Shown here piece after piece: positions 1 through 8,186 of a stretch of DNA of 64,000 bases. This DNA comes from Candidatus Avidehalobacter gallistercoris (lineage in GTDB: Bacteria > Bacillota > Dehalobacteriia > UBA4068 > UBA4997): NCBI GenBank assembly GCA_018715045.1, contig DVMH01000022.1, positions 10,291-74,290 on the forward strand. Direction: 5' to 3'. Numbering within the stretch: position 1 is the stretch's first letter; each line of letters begins with the position of its first letter. Under the pieces are notes generated by a model that was not told where the DNA came from, did not search any database, and saw only the letters and a list, made by a program, of their open reading frames with translations. Position numbers and translations under genes: made by a program.

Positions 1-75
1 AAAGCCGTCGTTCTGATGTTCGGCCAGATCCAGCAGCATACGCAGTGCATAGCGCCCCTTGGTGGATATTTTCAT
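1..75 (-). CDS. Rrf2-family transcriptional regulator (N-terminal 25 aa only; rest lies beyond window start)
   Basis: Reverse complement of 1-75 reads MKISTKGRYALRMLLDLAEHQNDGF, the typical Rrf2/IscR/CymR N-terminal wHTH signature. GAGGTGA SD lies 6 nt upstream of the ATG (complement of 81-87). Confidence 0.5.
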   Translation of the reverse strand, partial: MKISTKGRYALRMLLDLAEHQNDGF

Positions 76-197
76 ATTTCTCACCTCTTTGCCTAATAAT
101 AACATATATTTACTGGGTTTTCAAGCGGCGTTGGACAGCAAAATTTGCCGTATGCCAAGCGCACAGAAATAAATGTTAACCTTGATACAAAAAAATA

Positions 198-226
198 TTG
201 ACAATTGTTCCGGCAGCGGTTAAGAT
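198..226 (+). promoter_or_regulatory. Sigma-A-type promoter (-35 TTGACA, 17-nt spacer, -10 TAAGAT) upstream of the BioY-like/bioW/bioF genes
   Basis: TTGACA at 198-203 and TAAGAT at 221-226, read directly from the sequence. Confidence 0.4.
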
Positions 227-230
227 AGAT

Positions 231-263
231 TTGTAAATTTTATCAGAAAGGACTGGTTTGCAT
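231..263 (+). promoter_or_regulatory. Candidate BirA operator (bioO-like imperfect inverted repeat TTGTAAATT-N15-GGTTTGCAT) just downstream of the -10
   Basis: Half-sites resemble the Firmicute BirA box TTGTAAACC...GGTTTACAA (7/9 each). Position overlapping the promoter and preceding biotin genes fits BirA repression. Confidence 0.3.
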
Positions 264-282
264 ATTTAACGGGCAAAACAAG

Positions 283-786
283 GTGCGGGCGTTGACCATG
301 ATGGCGGGGCTGGCGGCGGGGCTGGCGGTGTTGGGCAGTTTTAAGCTGCCGGGGCTGCTGCCGGGAACTGAATTCCAGCTTTCTGCGCCCTTTGCGGTGG
401 CTCTGGCGGCTTGTTTGGGCTTTAAGCGTTATTTTGTGATCGGTGTTCTGGCCAGTCTGCTTAACTTTATGCTGGGTACGCATACTTTGTTGAATGTTGT
501 GGTGGCGCTGGTTTTCCGGGTGACGGCGGGCGGTTTGCTGGCTTTGGCGGGCGTAAGAGGCCTAACGGTTTTTCTGGCCGGGCCGCTGGGTACGGCGGCG
601 GCGCGGCTGGTGCTTTCGGCTCTGCTCGGCGTCAGTCCTTGGGTGTTGATCGGGGCGGCGGCGCCGGGTATGCTGCTGACGGCGGTGGCGGCATTGGCGC
701 TTTACCCACTGTTAAGGCGGCTGTTGGCAGGCCTGTATGGCGAGGGGGTATTATTGCCCCCGGTTAAAGGAGGAAGGCAAAAATGA
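283..786 (+). CDS. Small polytopic membrane protein, possibly a BioY-family biotin transporter S-component (tentative)
   Basis: 167-aa hydrophobic ORF with Gly/Ala-rich TM segments. Weak BioY-like pattern GSFKLPGLLPG...QLSAPFAVALAACLG. Overlaps the bioW start by 4 nt (ATGA), indicating an operon. Start (GTG 283 or ATG 298) is uncertain. Confidence 0.45.
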   Translation: MRALTMMAGLAAGLAVLGSFKLPGLLPGTEFQLSAPFAVALAACLGFKRYFVIGVLASLLNFMLGTHTLLNVVVALVFRVTAGGLLALAGVRGLTVFLAGPLGTAAARLVLSALLGVSPWVLIGAAAPGMLLTAVAALALYPLLRRLLAGLYGEGVLLPPVKGGRQK

Positions 787-1514
787 GGCGGTTTAGTATC
801 AAAATGCGCGCCTCAAAGGGTACGGAGCATATTTCCGGTGCGGAGAAAATCGTGCGCGAGGACGAGCTGGCGGCTTACTGTACCCGCCTGCTGAATCGCG
901 CCCTACAGCACGGCAAGGGCAGCCCTGATTTCATCAATTTGAAAATGGAGGCTGTGAATGAGGCGGATATTATGTATTTGCCGGCGCTGCCGGTGACCAC
1001 GCTTACGGCTGACACGCCGGAGGAGGGTATGCTTCTGGTGCGGGCGCAGTTGGAACGGCTGGGCATCCGGCGGGTGGACGAGATATTGCAGATCTGGCGG
1101 CAGAGTTATGCCATGCGCGGTGCAATCCTGTTGGACGTGGATACGTTGGAGCGGTTAGAGCCGGATCATCAGCGCGGCGTGCGCGCTACATATATGGATG
1201 CCGAGGGGGCTGATGAAGCTGCCTGCGGCGGCAAGAATCATTTTAATGAAGCGCTGGTGCTGGCCACTAAGGTGGTGAACCACCCGAATATCGTGGCGGA
1301 ACTTTGTATCTCAGACGATCCGGATTATGTGACCGGATATGTTGCCGCGCGGAAGATCGGTTATGTGCGTATCACCTGCTTAAAGCCGCTGGGCAGCCCG
1401 GACGGCGGGCGGGTGTTTCTGTTCCGGGGTAGGGCGGCAGAGCTGGCCGGCTGTCTGGATTATTTGCAGCGGCAAAAGGTGCTGGTGCGTTTTAACGGGG
1501 AGGCGAAGGTATGA
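783..1514 (+). CDS. bioW: 6-carboxyhexanoate--CoA ligase (pimeloyl-CoA synthetase)
   Basis: Translation aligns along its length with B. subtilis BioW (RMRAS...HISG.E..., VVAELC.SDDPDYVTGYVA..K.GY.RI). GGAGGAAGG SD precedes it. Confidence 0.9.
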   Translation: MRRFSIKMRASKGTEHISGAEKIVREDELAAYCTRLLNRALQHGKGSPDFINLKMEAVNEADIMYLPALPVTTLTADTPEEGMLLVRAQLERLGIRRVDEILQIWRQSYAMRGAILLDVDTLERLEPDHQRGVRATYMDAEGADEAACGGKNHFNEALVLATKVVNHPNIVAELCISDDPDYVTGYVAARKIGYVRITCLKPLGSPDGGRVFLFRGRAAELAGCLDYLQRQKVLVRFNGEAKV

Positions 1515-2665
1515 ACAAATGGCGGCGTTATGCCGATGAACTGGCGGAATTGCAGGCTAAGGGGCTTTATCGCACCATCAACGTGCTGGAGAGCGCGCAA
1601 AGCTCGCATGTGCGCTATCAGGGGCGCGATATGCTGATGTTGGCGTCCAACGCTTATCTGGATATGTGCAGAGACCCGGAGGTTAAGGCGGCGGCAGCGG
1701 CGGCGCTGGCGGAATTCGGGGTGGGGAGTGGCGGCAGCAGGCTGCTGACCGGCACTTCCACACCGCACGCCCGGCTGGAGCAGACTTTGGCGCGCTTTAA
1801 GGAACGGGAGGCGGCGCTGGTGTTCAACAGCGGTTTTGCCGCCAATTCCGGCATTATTCCCGCGCTGACCAAGGCGGGCGACCATATTTTCAGCGACGAG
1901 CTGAACCACGCCAGCATTATTGACGGCTGCCGCCAGAGCAAAGCGCAGACGGTTATTTACCGCCACAACGACATGGCCGATCTGGCGGCGAAGCTGGCGG
2001 CAAGCGGCGCCAAAAGCGGCCTGATCGTCAGCGACGCGGTGTTCAGCATGGACGGCGATATCGCTGACTTGCCGGAACTGCACCGGCTGGCGGAGCAAAG
2101 CGGCCTGCTGCTGATGCTGGACGAGGCTCATGCCACCGGCGTTATTGGGGCGCGGGGGCGCGGCATTGAGGAGCATTTCAACATGTCCGGCAGCGTGGAC
2201 ATTCTGATGGGCACGCTGAGCAAGGCTTTCGGCGCGGAGGGCGGCTATGTCTGCGGCAGCGCCGTGCTGATTGATTATCTGCGCAACAATACCCGCAGCT
2301 TTATTTTTTCCACCTCGCTTTCGCCGCTGGTGATGGCGGCGGCTGGACGGGCGGTGGAACTGTTGGAGCAGCAGCCGGAGCGGGTGGCGCGGCTGCAGCA
2401 GAACGTGCGGGTGTTTACGGCGGCGCTGCATGCCAAAGGTGTGGCGGCGGATTCGCAGACGGCGATCATTCCGATTTTTGTTGGTGATGAGGAACGGGCT
2501 CTGGCAGTCTCAAAGCGGCTGTTTGACGAGGGCTATTACATATCGGCCATCAGATATCCAACCGTTAAGCGCGGCGAAGCCATTTTGCGGGCGGCGCTGA
2601 TGTCGTCGCACACCGAGGCGGAACTGGAGCGGGCGGCGGCGGCGATCGCGGCGGCGCTTGCCTGA
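1511..2665 (+). CDS. bioF: 8-amino-7-oxononanoate synthase (KAPA synthase), PLP-dependent
   Basis: Class-II aminotransferase / KAPA synthase motifs: LASNAYL, SGFAANSGIIPAL, SMDGD, GTLSKAFGAEGGY (PLP-lysine). Start overlaps the bioW stop. Confidence 0.9.
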   Translation: MNKWRRYADELAELQAKGLYRTINVLESAQSSHVRYQGRDMLMLASNAYLDMCRDPEVKAAAAAALAEFGVGSGGSRLLTGTSTPHARLEQTLARFKEREAALVFNSGFAANSGIIPALTKAGDHIFSDELNHASIIDGCRQSKAQTVIYRHNDMADLAAKLAASGAKSGLIVSDAVFSMDGDIADLPELHRLAEQSGLLLMLDEAHATGVIGARGRGIEEHFNMSGSVDILMGTLSKAFGAEGGYVCGSAVLIDYLRNNTRSFIFSTSLSPLVMAAAGRAVELLEQQPERVARLQQNVRVFTAALHAKGVAADSQTAIIPIFVGDEERALAVSKRLFDEGYYISAIRYPTVKRGEAILRAALMSSHTEAELERAAAAIAAALA

Positions 2666-2802
2666 GTACAGAAAACATATATAATAACTGCCGCCGGGTA
2701 TGCTGCCGCCGGCGGTTATTGTTTGCGCGGGCTTGTCTAAGCGCGGTAAATAGCATATAATAGTAAGTAATCTGGCAGTATATGATACGGAGGTTTTATT
2801 AT

Positions 2803-4179
2803 ATGGAAAATAAAAATGCATTTTTATCGTACAACAAGAAAGCCATGCAGGAGCTGGAACGGGTAGCGGCGGGTTACCGTGATTTCCTTTCCCGTGGCAA
2901 GACTGAACGGGAGTGTGTCAAGCTGATTGTTCAGCAGGCTGAGGCGGAGGGTTATCGTAATCTGGCTGATCTGACGGCGGCGGGCGCTGACTTAAAGGCG
3001 GGCGATAAGGTGTATGCTGTCTGTATGAAAAAGGCGGTGGCATTGTTCAAAATCGGTGCTGAAGGGCCTGAGAAGGGCATGAATATCCTGGGTGCGCACA
3101 TAGATTCGCCACGGCTGGACATCAAACAGAATCCGCTGTTTGAGGACGGCGAGCTGGCTTATTTGGACACGCACTATTACGGCGGTATCAAAAAATACCA
3201 GTGGGTGACGCTGCCGCTGGCGCTGCATGGCACTGTGGTAAAAAAGGATGGCACGGCAGTTGATATCGTGATTGGCGAGGATGCGTCCGACCCGGTGTTC
3301 TGCGTGACGGACTTGTTGATCCATCTGGCACAGGAGCAGCTGGAGAAAAAGGGCGCGCGCGTGGTGGAGGGCGAGGATCTGAATATACTCGTCGGCAATA
3401 TGCCGCTGCCAGGCGAGAAGAAAAAGGCCGTGGCTGCCAATGTATTGCATCTGCTGAAAGAGAAGTACGACATCGAAGAGGCTGATTTTATCTCCGCCGA
3501 GCTGGAGGCCGTTCCTGCCGGGGCGGCGCGCGAGGCCGGTTTTGACGGCAGCATGATACTTTCATATGGCCAGGACGACCGTTCCTGCGCCTATACATCG
3601 CTGCTGGCCATGCTGGAGACGGCTGACATTCGCCGCACGGCCTGCTGCTTGCTTGTGGACAAGGAGGAAATCGGCAGCGTGGGTGCGACGGGTATGCAGT
3701 CGCATTTCTTTGAAAATGCGGTAGCTGAGGTGCTGGAGCTTTGCGGTGAATATTCCGAGTTGAAGCTGCGTCGGGCTCTCAGAGACAGCAAAATGCTTTC
3801 CTCCGACGTTAGCTCAGCTTATGATCATGCCTATGCCGCGGCGTTTGAGAAACAGAACGCAGCTTATCTCTCGCACGGGGTGGTGTTTAACAAATTCACC
3901 GGGGCACGAGGCAAATCCGGCAGCAACGACGCCAACGCCGAGTATCTGGCTTATATCCGCCGCGTGATGGACAACGCGGATGTGCATTACCAGACGGCGG
4001 AACTGGGGCGTGTCGATCTGGGCGGCGGTGGTACCATCGCGTATATTCTGGCTCTTTACGGTATGGAGGTCATCGACAGCGGTGTGCCGGTGCTGAGTAT
4101 GCACGCGCCGTGGGAAGTGACTAGCAAAGCGGATATTTATGAGGCGTACAAGGCGTATAAAGCGTTTTTAGAGGCTTGA
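2803..4179 (+). CDS. M18-family aminopeptidase
   Basis: About 458 aa. The N-terminus (NKNAFLSYNKKAMQELERVAAGYRDFLSRGKTERE) and length match Firmicute M18 aminopeptidase 1. SD ACGGAGGT precedes ATG 2803; the track ORF starts 21 nt earlier. Confidence 0.8.
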   Translation: MENKNAFLSYNKKAMQELERVAAGYRDFLSRGKTERECVKLIVQQAEAEGYRNLADLTAAGADLKAGDKVYAVCMKKAVALFKIGAEGPEKGMNILGAHIDSPRLDIKQNPLFEDGELAYLDTHYYGGIKKYQWVTLPLALHGTVVKKDGTAVDIVIGEDASDPVFCVTDLLIHLAQEQLEKKGARVVEGEDLNILVGNMPLPGEKKKAVAANVLHLLKEKYDIEEADFISAELEAVPAGAAREAGFDGSMILSYGQDDRSCAYTSLLAMLETADIRRTACCLLVDKEEIGSVGATGMQSHFFENAVAEVLELCGEYSELKLRRALRDSKMLSSDVSSAYDHAYAAAFEKQNAAYLSHGVVFNKFTGARGKSGSNDANAEYLAYIRRVMDNADVHYQTAELGRVDLGGGGTIAYILALYGMEVIDSGVPVLSMHAPWEVTSKADIYEAYKAYKAFLEA

Positions 4180-4521
4180 TTTTCTGAAAGCTATTGCCAC
4201 AGGCAGTGCGGCATTAATTGCTCAGAACATACCGCTGAACGAGCTTTAGAAGCATTTGGGAAATAGGTTGCAAGCGTCTGATATGCGTGATGTGTAAGGC
4301 GGGCTTCAGAAGCTATATTGCCTGCCCTATACTCAGGCAGCACGGGGTGTATTGCTATAATTTCGTGTGCGGCTACCGCTATTATGCAGTCGTGTGTGAC
4401 GGAAGTTTCAGCGCATTTTGCCGGACTGCCAGCGGCCAAAACTGAAAGCCTTGGCCGCTGGCATAAAAGAGCCTTCCCAGCATAGACTTTAACAAAGTTT
4501 AGGCTTGGGGAGGCTATTTTC

Positions 4522-4785
4522 ATGCAGGAATATATCGCGAAGCGTGTGTTGGAAATCAGCAATTACATAATTGAAAGCAAATCTACCGTACGGCAGACGG
4601 CGGGCGTTTTTGGCGTCAGCAAAAGCACCGTACATAAGGACGTGACCGAACGTCTGCCGCTGTTGAATGAGGTGGTGGCCGGGCAGGTGCGGGAGATTTT
4701 GGCCAACAACAAAGCGGAACGGCATCTTCGGGGCGGTATGGCGACCAAGCGGAAATATGAGCATTTGGCTGAGGGCGCTGAATAG
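4522..4785 (+). CDS. spoIIID: Stage III sporulation transcriptional regulator SpoIIID
   Basis: The 87-aa product matches B. subtilis SpoIIID almost residue-for-residue in the HTH (GVSKSTVHKD.TERLP...IRHLRGG.ATK.KY). Confidence 0.9.
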   Translation: MQEYIAKRVLEISNYIIESKSTVRQTAGVFGVSKSTVHKDVTERLPLLNEVVAGQVREILANNKAERHLRGGMATKRKYEHLAEGAE

Positions 4786-4815
4786 CGGAAATTTGTGGAA
4801 ATTTGCGGAAAAAAC

Positions 4816-4857
4816 GGCCGCAGGGCTTTCCTTGCGGGCGTTTTTTTGCTATAATAT
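4816..4857 (+). terminator. Rho-independent terminator after spoIIID
   Basis: GC-rich imperfect hairpin GGCCGCAGGGCTTTCCTTGCGGGC followed by TTTTTTT. Confidence 0.5.
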
Positions 4858-4904
4858 AAAACCTAAGGCAGTAAATGGGTGATAGGTATAAGGAGGATTT
4901 AACC

Positions 4905-7463
4905 ATGCGTTGGAACGCAAAGATTGGGGTCGTGTTGGCGGCGCTGTTGTTGACGCTGCTGGCGGCTAGTCCGGCTTTGGCTTATACGGCGGCGTATTTT
5001 TATCCGCAGCAGTATGCCCTTGGGCCAGGGGTGACATATTACGATGTTGCAGCGGAAAACGAGCTGGGCGCGCAGCGGCTGCATTACATTGAATATCAGC
5101 CGAGTGAGAGCGTGCAGCCTATTGTGGCGTATGGCCGGGGTTTTTACGGCCGTTCGTCGATCGGTTATGTGGCGGATTATCTGAAAGATGATTTGGGTTA
5201 CGACGTGCTGGCCGGGTTCAACGCCGATTTCTTTAACACTAACAGCGGCGTTCCCATTGGTATCGTGATTCAGGACGGTAAGCTTATTACTTCCGCCGGC
5301 GGGGCGTATGCCGTGGGGTTTCGCGATGACGGCAGCTATATATTCGGCAAGCCAGTGCTGAATATGTACGTGAATGGCCCTCGTGGCGGCGTAACAGTGG
5401 AGAACCTGAACAAGACGCGCTCCTCTTACACCGTAAACCTTTACGATCACAACTGGGGTGATAAGACCCGGTTGGACAAGCCCGGCACTAATGTGGTGCT
5501 GGAGAAAATTGACGACGTCGACCCGTATATTGGCTGCTCGATACGTTGCCGTGTCGTTTCGGTGCGGGAGGAAACCGGCTCTACTGCGATTCTTCCCAAC
5601 CAGATGGTGCTGACTATTGCGGCCACAGGGGATGCGACGAAGCTCGGCATTTTTGCAGCGGGCGACGAGGTAACGCTGACCATTTCTGCGTCTGACCCGG
5701 CCTGGAAAGAGGCCGTTTATGCCGTGGGCGGCAAAAGCCTGCTGCTGAACGGCCAGATTGCGGCGGGAGATAGCCCCACTGGTAATGCGGCGCGGACGGC
5801 GATCGGTTTTCGGGCGGACGGCTCAATGTTCTTTCTGGAGAATGACGGACGTCAGACCGATTACAGCGTTGGTTTATCCCCTGCTGTGCTGGCGCGTGAG
5901 ATGAGCAGCCTTGGCGCGGTAAACGCACTTAATCTGGACGGCGGCGGCTCTTCGGTGATGGCGGTGCGTCGGCTGGGACGGGAGATTGGCGTGGTCAATT
6001 CTCCTTCGGACGGGCAGCCGCGTCTTTGCGCCAATTATATCTTTCTGATTAATAAGCAGGACAAGGAAAGCTCTGCCAGCGTCCTGCAAATCGAGGCCGG
6101 ACGGCGTTATCTGCTGGCTGGTTCGGAATTGGCGCTTCGGGCGGTGGGTTTGAACGCGGCATTGGACGCAGCCAGCTTGCCTGATTATGTGGACTGGGAA
6201 GTGACTGAGGGCGACGCCGCAATTGAGGAGACCGGCGACGGCGCGTCTCGGCTTACAGCTGGCGATACGGCAGGCAAGGTGACTTTTCGTGCCGTTTGCG
6301 GCGATTTGACCGCGGAGCAGAATGTTTATGTGCTGAAATCCGTCGGTCAACTGCAAATTATGCAAGGCGGCACAGCGGTTTCTACTCTGAATGTGTTGCC
6401 TGGCGATGAGGTAACGCTCTCCGCTGCGGGCGTTTATAAGGGCGAGGCGGTAGCGCTGGATAATCGCGGGCTAACGTGGTCGGTATCCGGCGATATTGGA
6501 ATGATCGACGAGAATGGAGTTTATCACGCGGGCGGTAAAGATACATCTGGCCAGATTATCGTGCAGGCGGGCAGTACCACGGCGCGTCTGGTGGTACTGC
6601 AACAGGCGGCAGGCAACGGTATCACCATTGTGGGCGTCAATCTGCCCACTAATGTGGCCAGCGGCGCCAGCGCCTCGTTCAGCTTCCGTGTGGCGGTAGG
6701 CTATGGCAGTGAGTTGCCGGATAAAGATGGATTGACACTGACGCTTGATGGCCAGCCGGTTGATTTCAACTATGCCTGGGGTACGGGGATTGTAACGTGT
6801 GAAATATCCGGCCTGGCTGACGGTCAGCACCGCCTGACGCTTCTGGCCTGTGACGAGACGGGCGATTTGACTCGCAAGTCGTTGACGTTTACTGTGGGCG
6901 ATAAGAGCGCTGAGCTAAAGTATACCGATGTGCCTGCCGGGCATTGGGCGGCGGAAAATATTGCCTACCTTTCGGCGCGCGGCTTGATGCAGGGAGAGAC
7001 GGACGCGGCGGGTAATCTTACGTTTAATCCCAGCCGCAACCTGACTCGTGCCGAGTTTGCCGTTATCGCGGCGCGCTATTTGAAACTGGATACCTCGCAG
7101 GAGGTGAGCCTGCCTTACGCCGACCGGGCGGATATTCCCGGCTGGGCGCTGGGCGCTATCCGCGCCGTTTATGCCGAGGGTATTATGACTGGCGAGGACG
7201 TGAAAGGAACGATTTATTTCTATCCGCGCAACAACATCAGCCGTCAGGAGGCAATGGCCGTGATCAGCCGTATTTTGGGCGAGGGCTATGCTGCGGGCGA
7301 GCAGACTTTTGCTGACGGCGACACTATCAGCGACTGGGCCAAAGAGCACGTTTCACGCCTGGTAACGCTGGGCTTCGTGGGCGGCTATGAGGACGGCACG
7401 ATCAAACCCCTTGCTAATATTACCCGTGCGGAAATCGCCAAGATTCTGTTCAATTTGTATTAA
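4905..7463 (+). CDS. Secreted S-layer-homology (SLH) protein with phosphodiester glycosidase (DUF2233-like) and Ig-like domains
   Basis: Signal peptide MRWNAKIGVVLAALLLTLLAASPALA. Phosphodiester-glycosidase-like motifs (GFRADGSMFFLENDG...ALNLDGGGSS). C-terminal SLH repeats (YTDVPAGHWAAENIAYLSARGLM..., LTRAEFAVIAARYL). AAGGAGGA SD precedes ATG 4905. Confidence 0.75.
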   Translation: MRWNAKIGVVLAALLLTLLAASPALAYTAAYFYPQQYALGPGVTYYDVAAENELGAQRLHYIEYQPSESVQPIVAYGRGFYGRSSIGYVADYLKDDLGYDVLAGFNADFFNTNSGVPIGIVIQDGKLITSAGGAYAVGFRDDGSYIFGKPVLNMYVNGPRGGVTVENLNKTRSSYTVNLYDHNWGDKTRLDKPGTNVVLEKIDDVDPYIGCSIRCRVVSVREETGSTAILPNQMVLTIAATGDATKLGIFAAGDEVTLTISASDPAWKEAVYAVGGKSLLLNGQIAAGDSPTGNAARTAIGFRADGSMFFLENDGRQTDYSVGLSPAVLAREMSSLGAVNALNLDGGGSSVMAVRRLGREIGVVNSPSDGQPRLCANYIFLINKQDKESSASVLQIEAGRRYLLAGSELALRAVGLNAALDAASLPDYVDWEVTEGDAAIEETGDGASRLTAGDTAGKVTFRAVCGDLTAEQNVYVLKSVGQLQIMQGGTAVSTLNVLPGDEVTLSAAGVYKGEAVALDNRGLTWSVSGDIGMIDENGVYHAGGKDTSGQIIVQAGSTTARLVVLQQAAGNGITIVGVNLPTNVASGASASFSFRVAVGYGSELPDKDGLTLTLDGQPVDFNYAWGTGIVTCEISGLADGQHRLTLLACDETGDLTRKSLTFTVGDKSAELKYTDVPAGHWAAENIAYLSARGLMQGETDAAGNLTFNPSRNLTRAEFAVIAARYLKLDTSQEVSLPYADRADIPGWALGAIRAVYAEGIMTGEDVKGTIYFYPRNNISRQEAMAVISRILGEGYAAGEQTFADGDTISDWAKEHVSRLVTLGFVGGYEDGTIKPLANITRAEIAKILFNLY

Positions 7464-7480
7464 AGCATAACTCTTAAGCA

Positions 7481-7526
7481 CGTCCTCCTGACGATGGGTG
7501 TTGCCCACGGCGGGAGGGCGTTTTTT
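7481..7526 (+). terminator. Probable intrinsic terminator downstream of the SLH gene
   Basis: 8-bp stem CGTCCTCC...GGAGGGCG (one G·U pair) with a long loop, followed by TTTTTT. Confidence 0.35.
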
Positions 7527-7682
7527 GCTGGACGGCGCTTTGGGAAAAGTGTCGCATTTGGCATAGACAGCCGCCGAAATATCTGCTATAATCTAATAGG
7601 TTAGGATAAAAATGCCTGTGGCTGGGAACGCCTGCGGGCTTTTTTGGCGTTAAAATGATTAATCCGGCACGAGGTGACGCGC

Positions 7683-8186
7683 ATGACGGAAGCATTGCGC
7701 CCGGCGTTTAGGAACGCGGATTGGGCGACGAAAATTGAGTATATCAATGAAAACGAGAATTTCTACTATTCTGACGGTATCGAGCTGGTGGATTTTGGAC
7801 CTGGCTTTGCCACGATGATCATGCCGCTTTTGCCCCGGCATTTGAATTTGCAAGGCAATGTGCACGGCGGCTGGCTGGCCACGATGGTGGGGCAGGCAGC
7901 GGGCAAGGCGGCCATGTCCTACGGCTATTTTGTGACGCCGGAGCAGCTTTCGCTGAATTATCATACCACTTGCAGCGGCGGCACGCTGCATGCCAAGGCC
8001 AAGGAGAAAAACCGCGGCAAACATCTGGGCATTTACACTGTGGACGTGACGGACGACAATGACAAGCTGATTGTTTCCGGCACGGTGACTCTGTTTATTC
8101 AGGATAATGAGATTGACTTCCCGCGCGAGAAACGTAACGTGGCCGGACTGAATTTTGCGTCCGGCAGACAGGAGGATATGCTATGA
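7683..8186 (+). CDS. PaaI-family hotdog-fold thioesterase
   Basis: Core motif NLQGNVHGGWLATMVGQAAG (the HGG motif of PaaI/YbgC thioesterases). About 167 aa. Overlaps the argS start (ATGA). GAGGTGA SD precedes ATG 7683. Confidence 0.75.
   Translation: MTEALRPAFRNADWATKIEYINENENFYYSDGIELVDFGPGFATMIMPLLPRHLNLQGNVHGGWLATMVGQAAGKAAMSYGYFVTPEQLSLNYHTTCSGGTLHAKAKEKNRGKHLGIYTVDVTDDNDKLIVSGTVTLFIQDNEIDFPREKRNVAGLNFASGRQEDML

Noticed and set aside
1460-2431. 323-aa ORF on the minus strand spanning bioW/bioF
   Set aside because: Arg/Gln/Ala-rich low-complexity translation, antisense to two confidently identified genes in GC-rich DNA; a typical spurious high-GC ORF.
4785-4815. Tandem GGAAATTTG(T/C)GG direct repeat after spoIIID, considered as a possible regulatory repeat
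   Set aside because: Only two copies, immediately abutting the terminator stem; most likely incidental.
7464-7682. Possible T-box or other riboswitch leader upstream of the thioesterase-argS operon
   Set aside because: No T-box consensus (AATTAGGGTGGNACCGCG) or specifier/antiterminator architecture found. The region contains only a terminator-like hairpin and a -10-like element.
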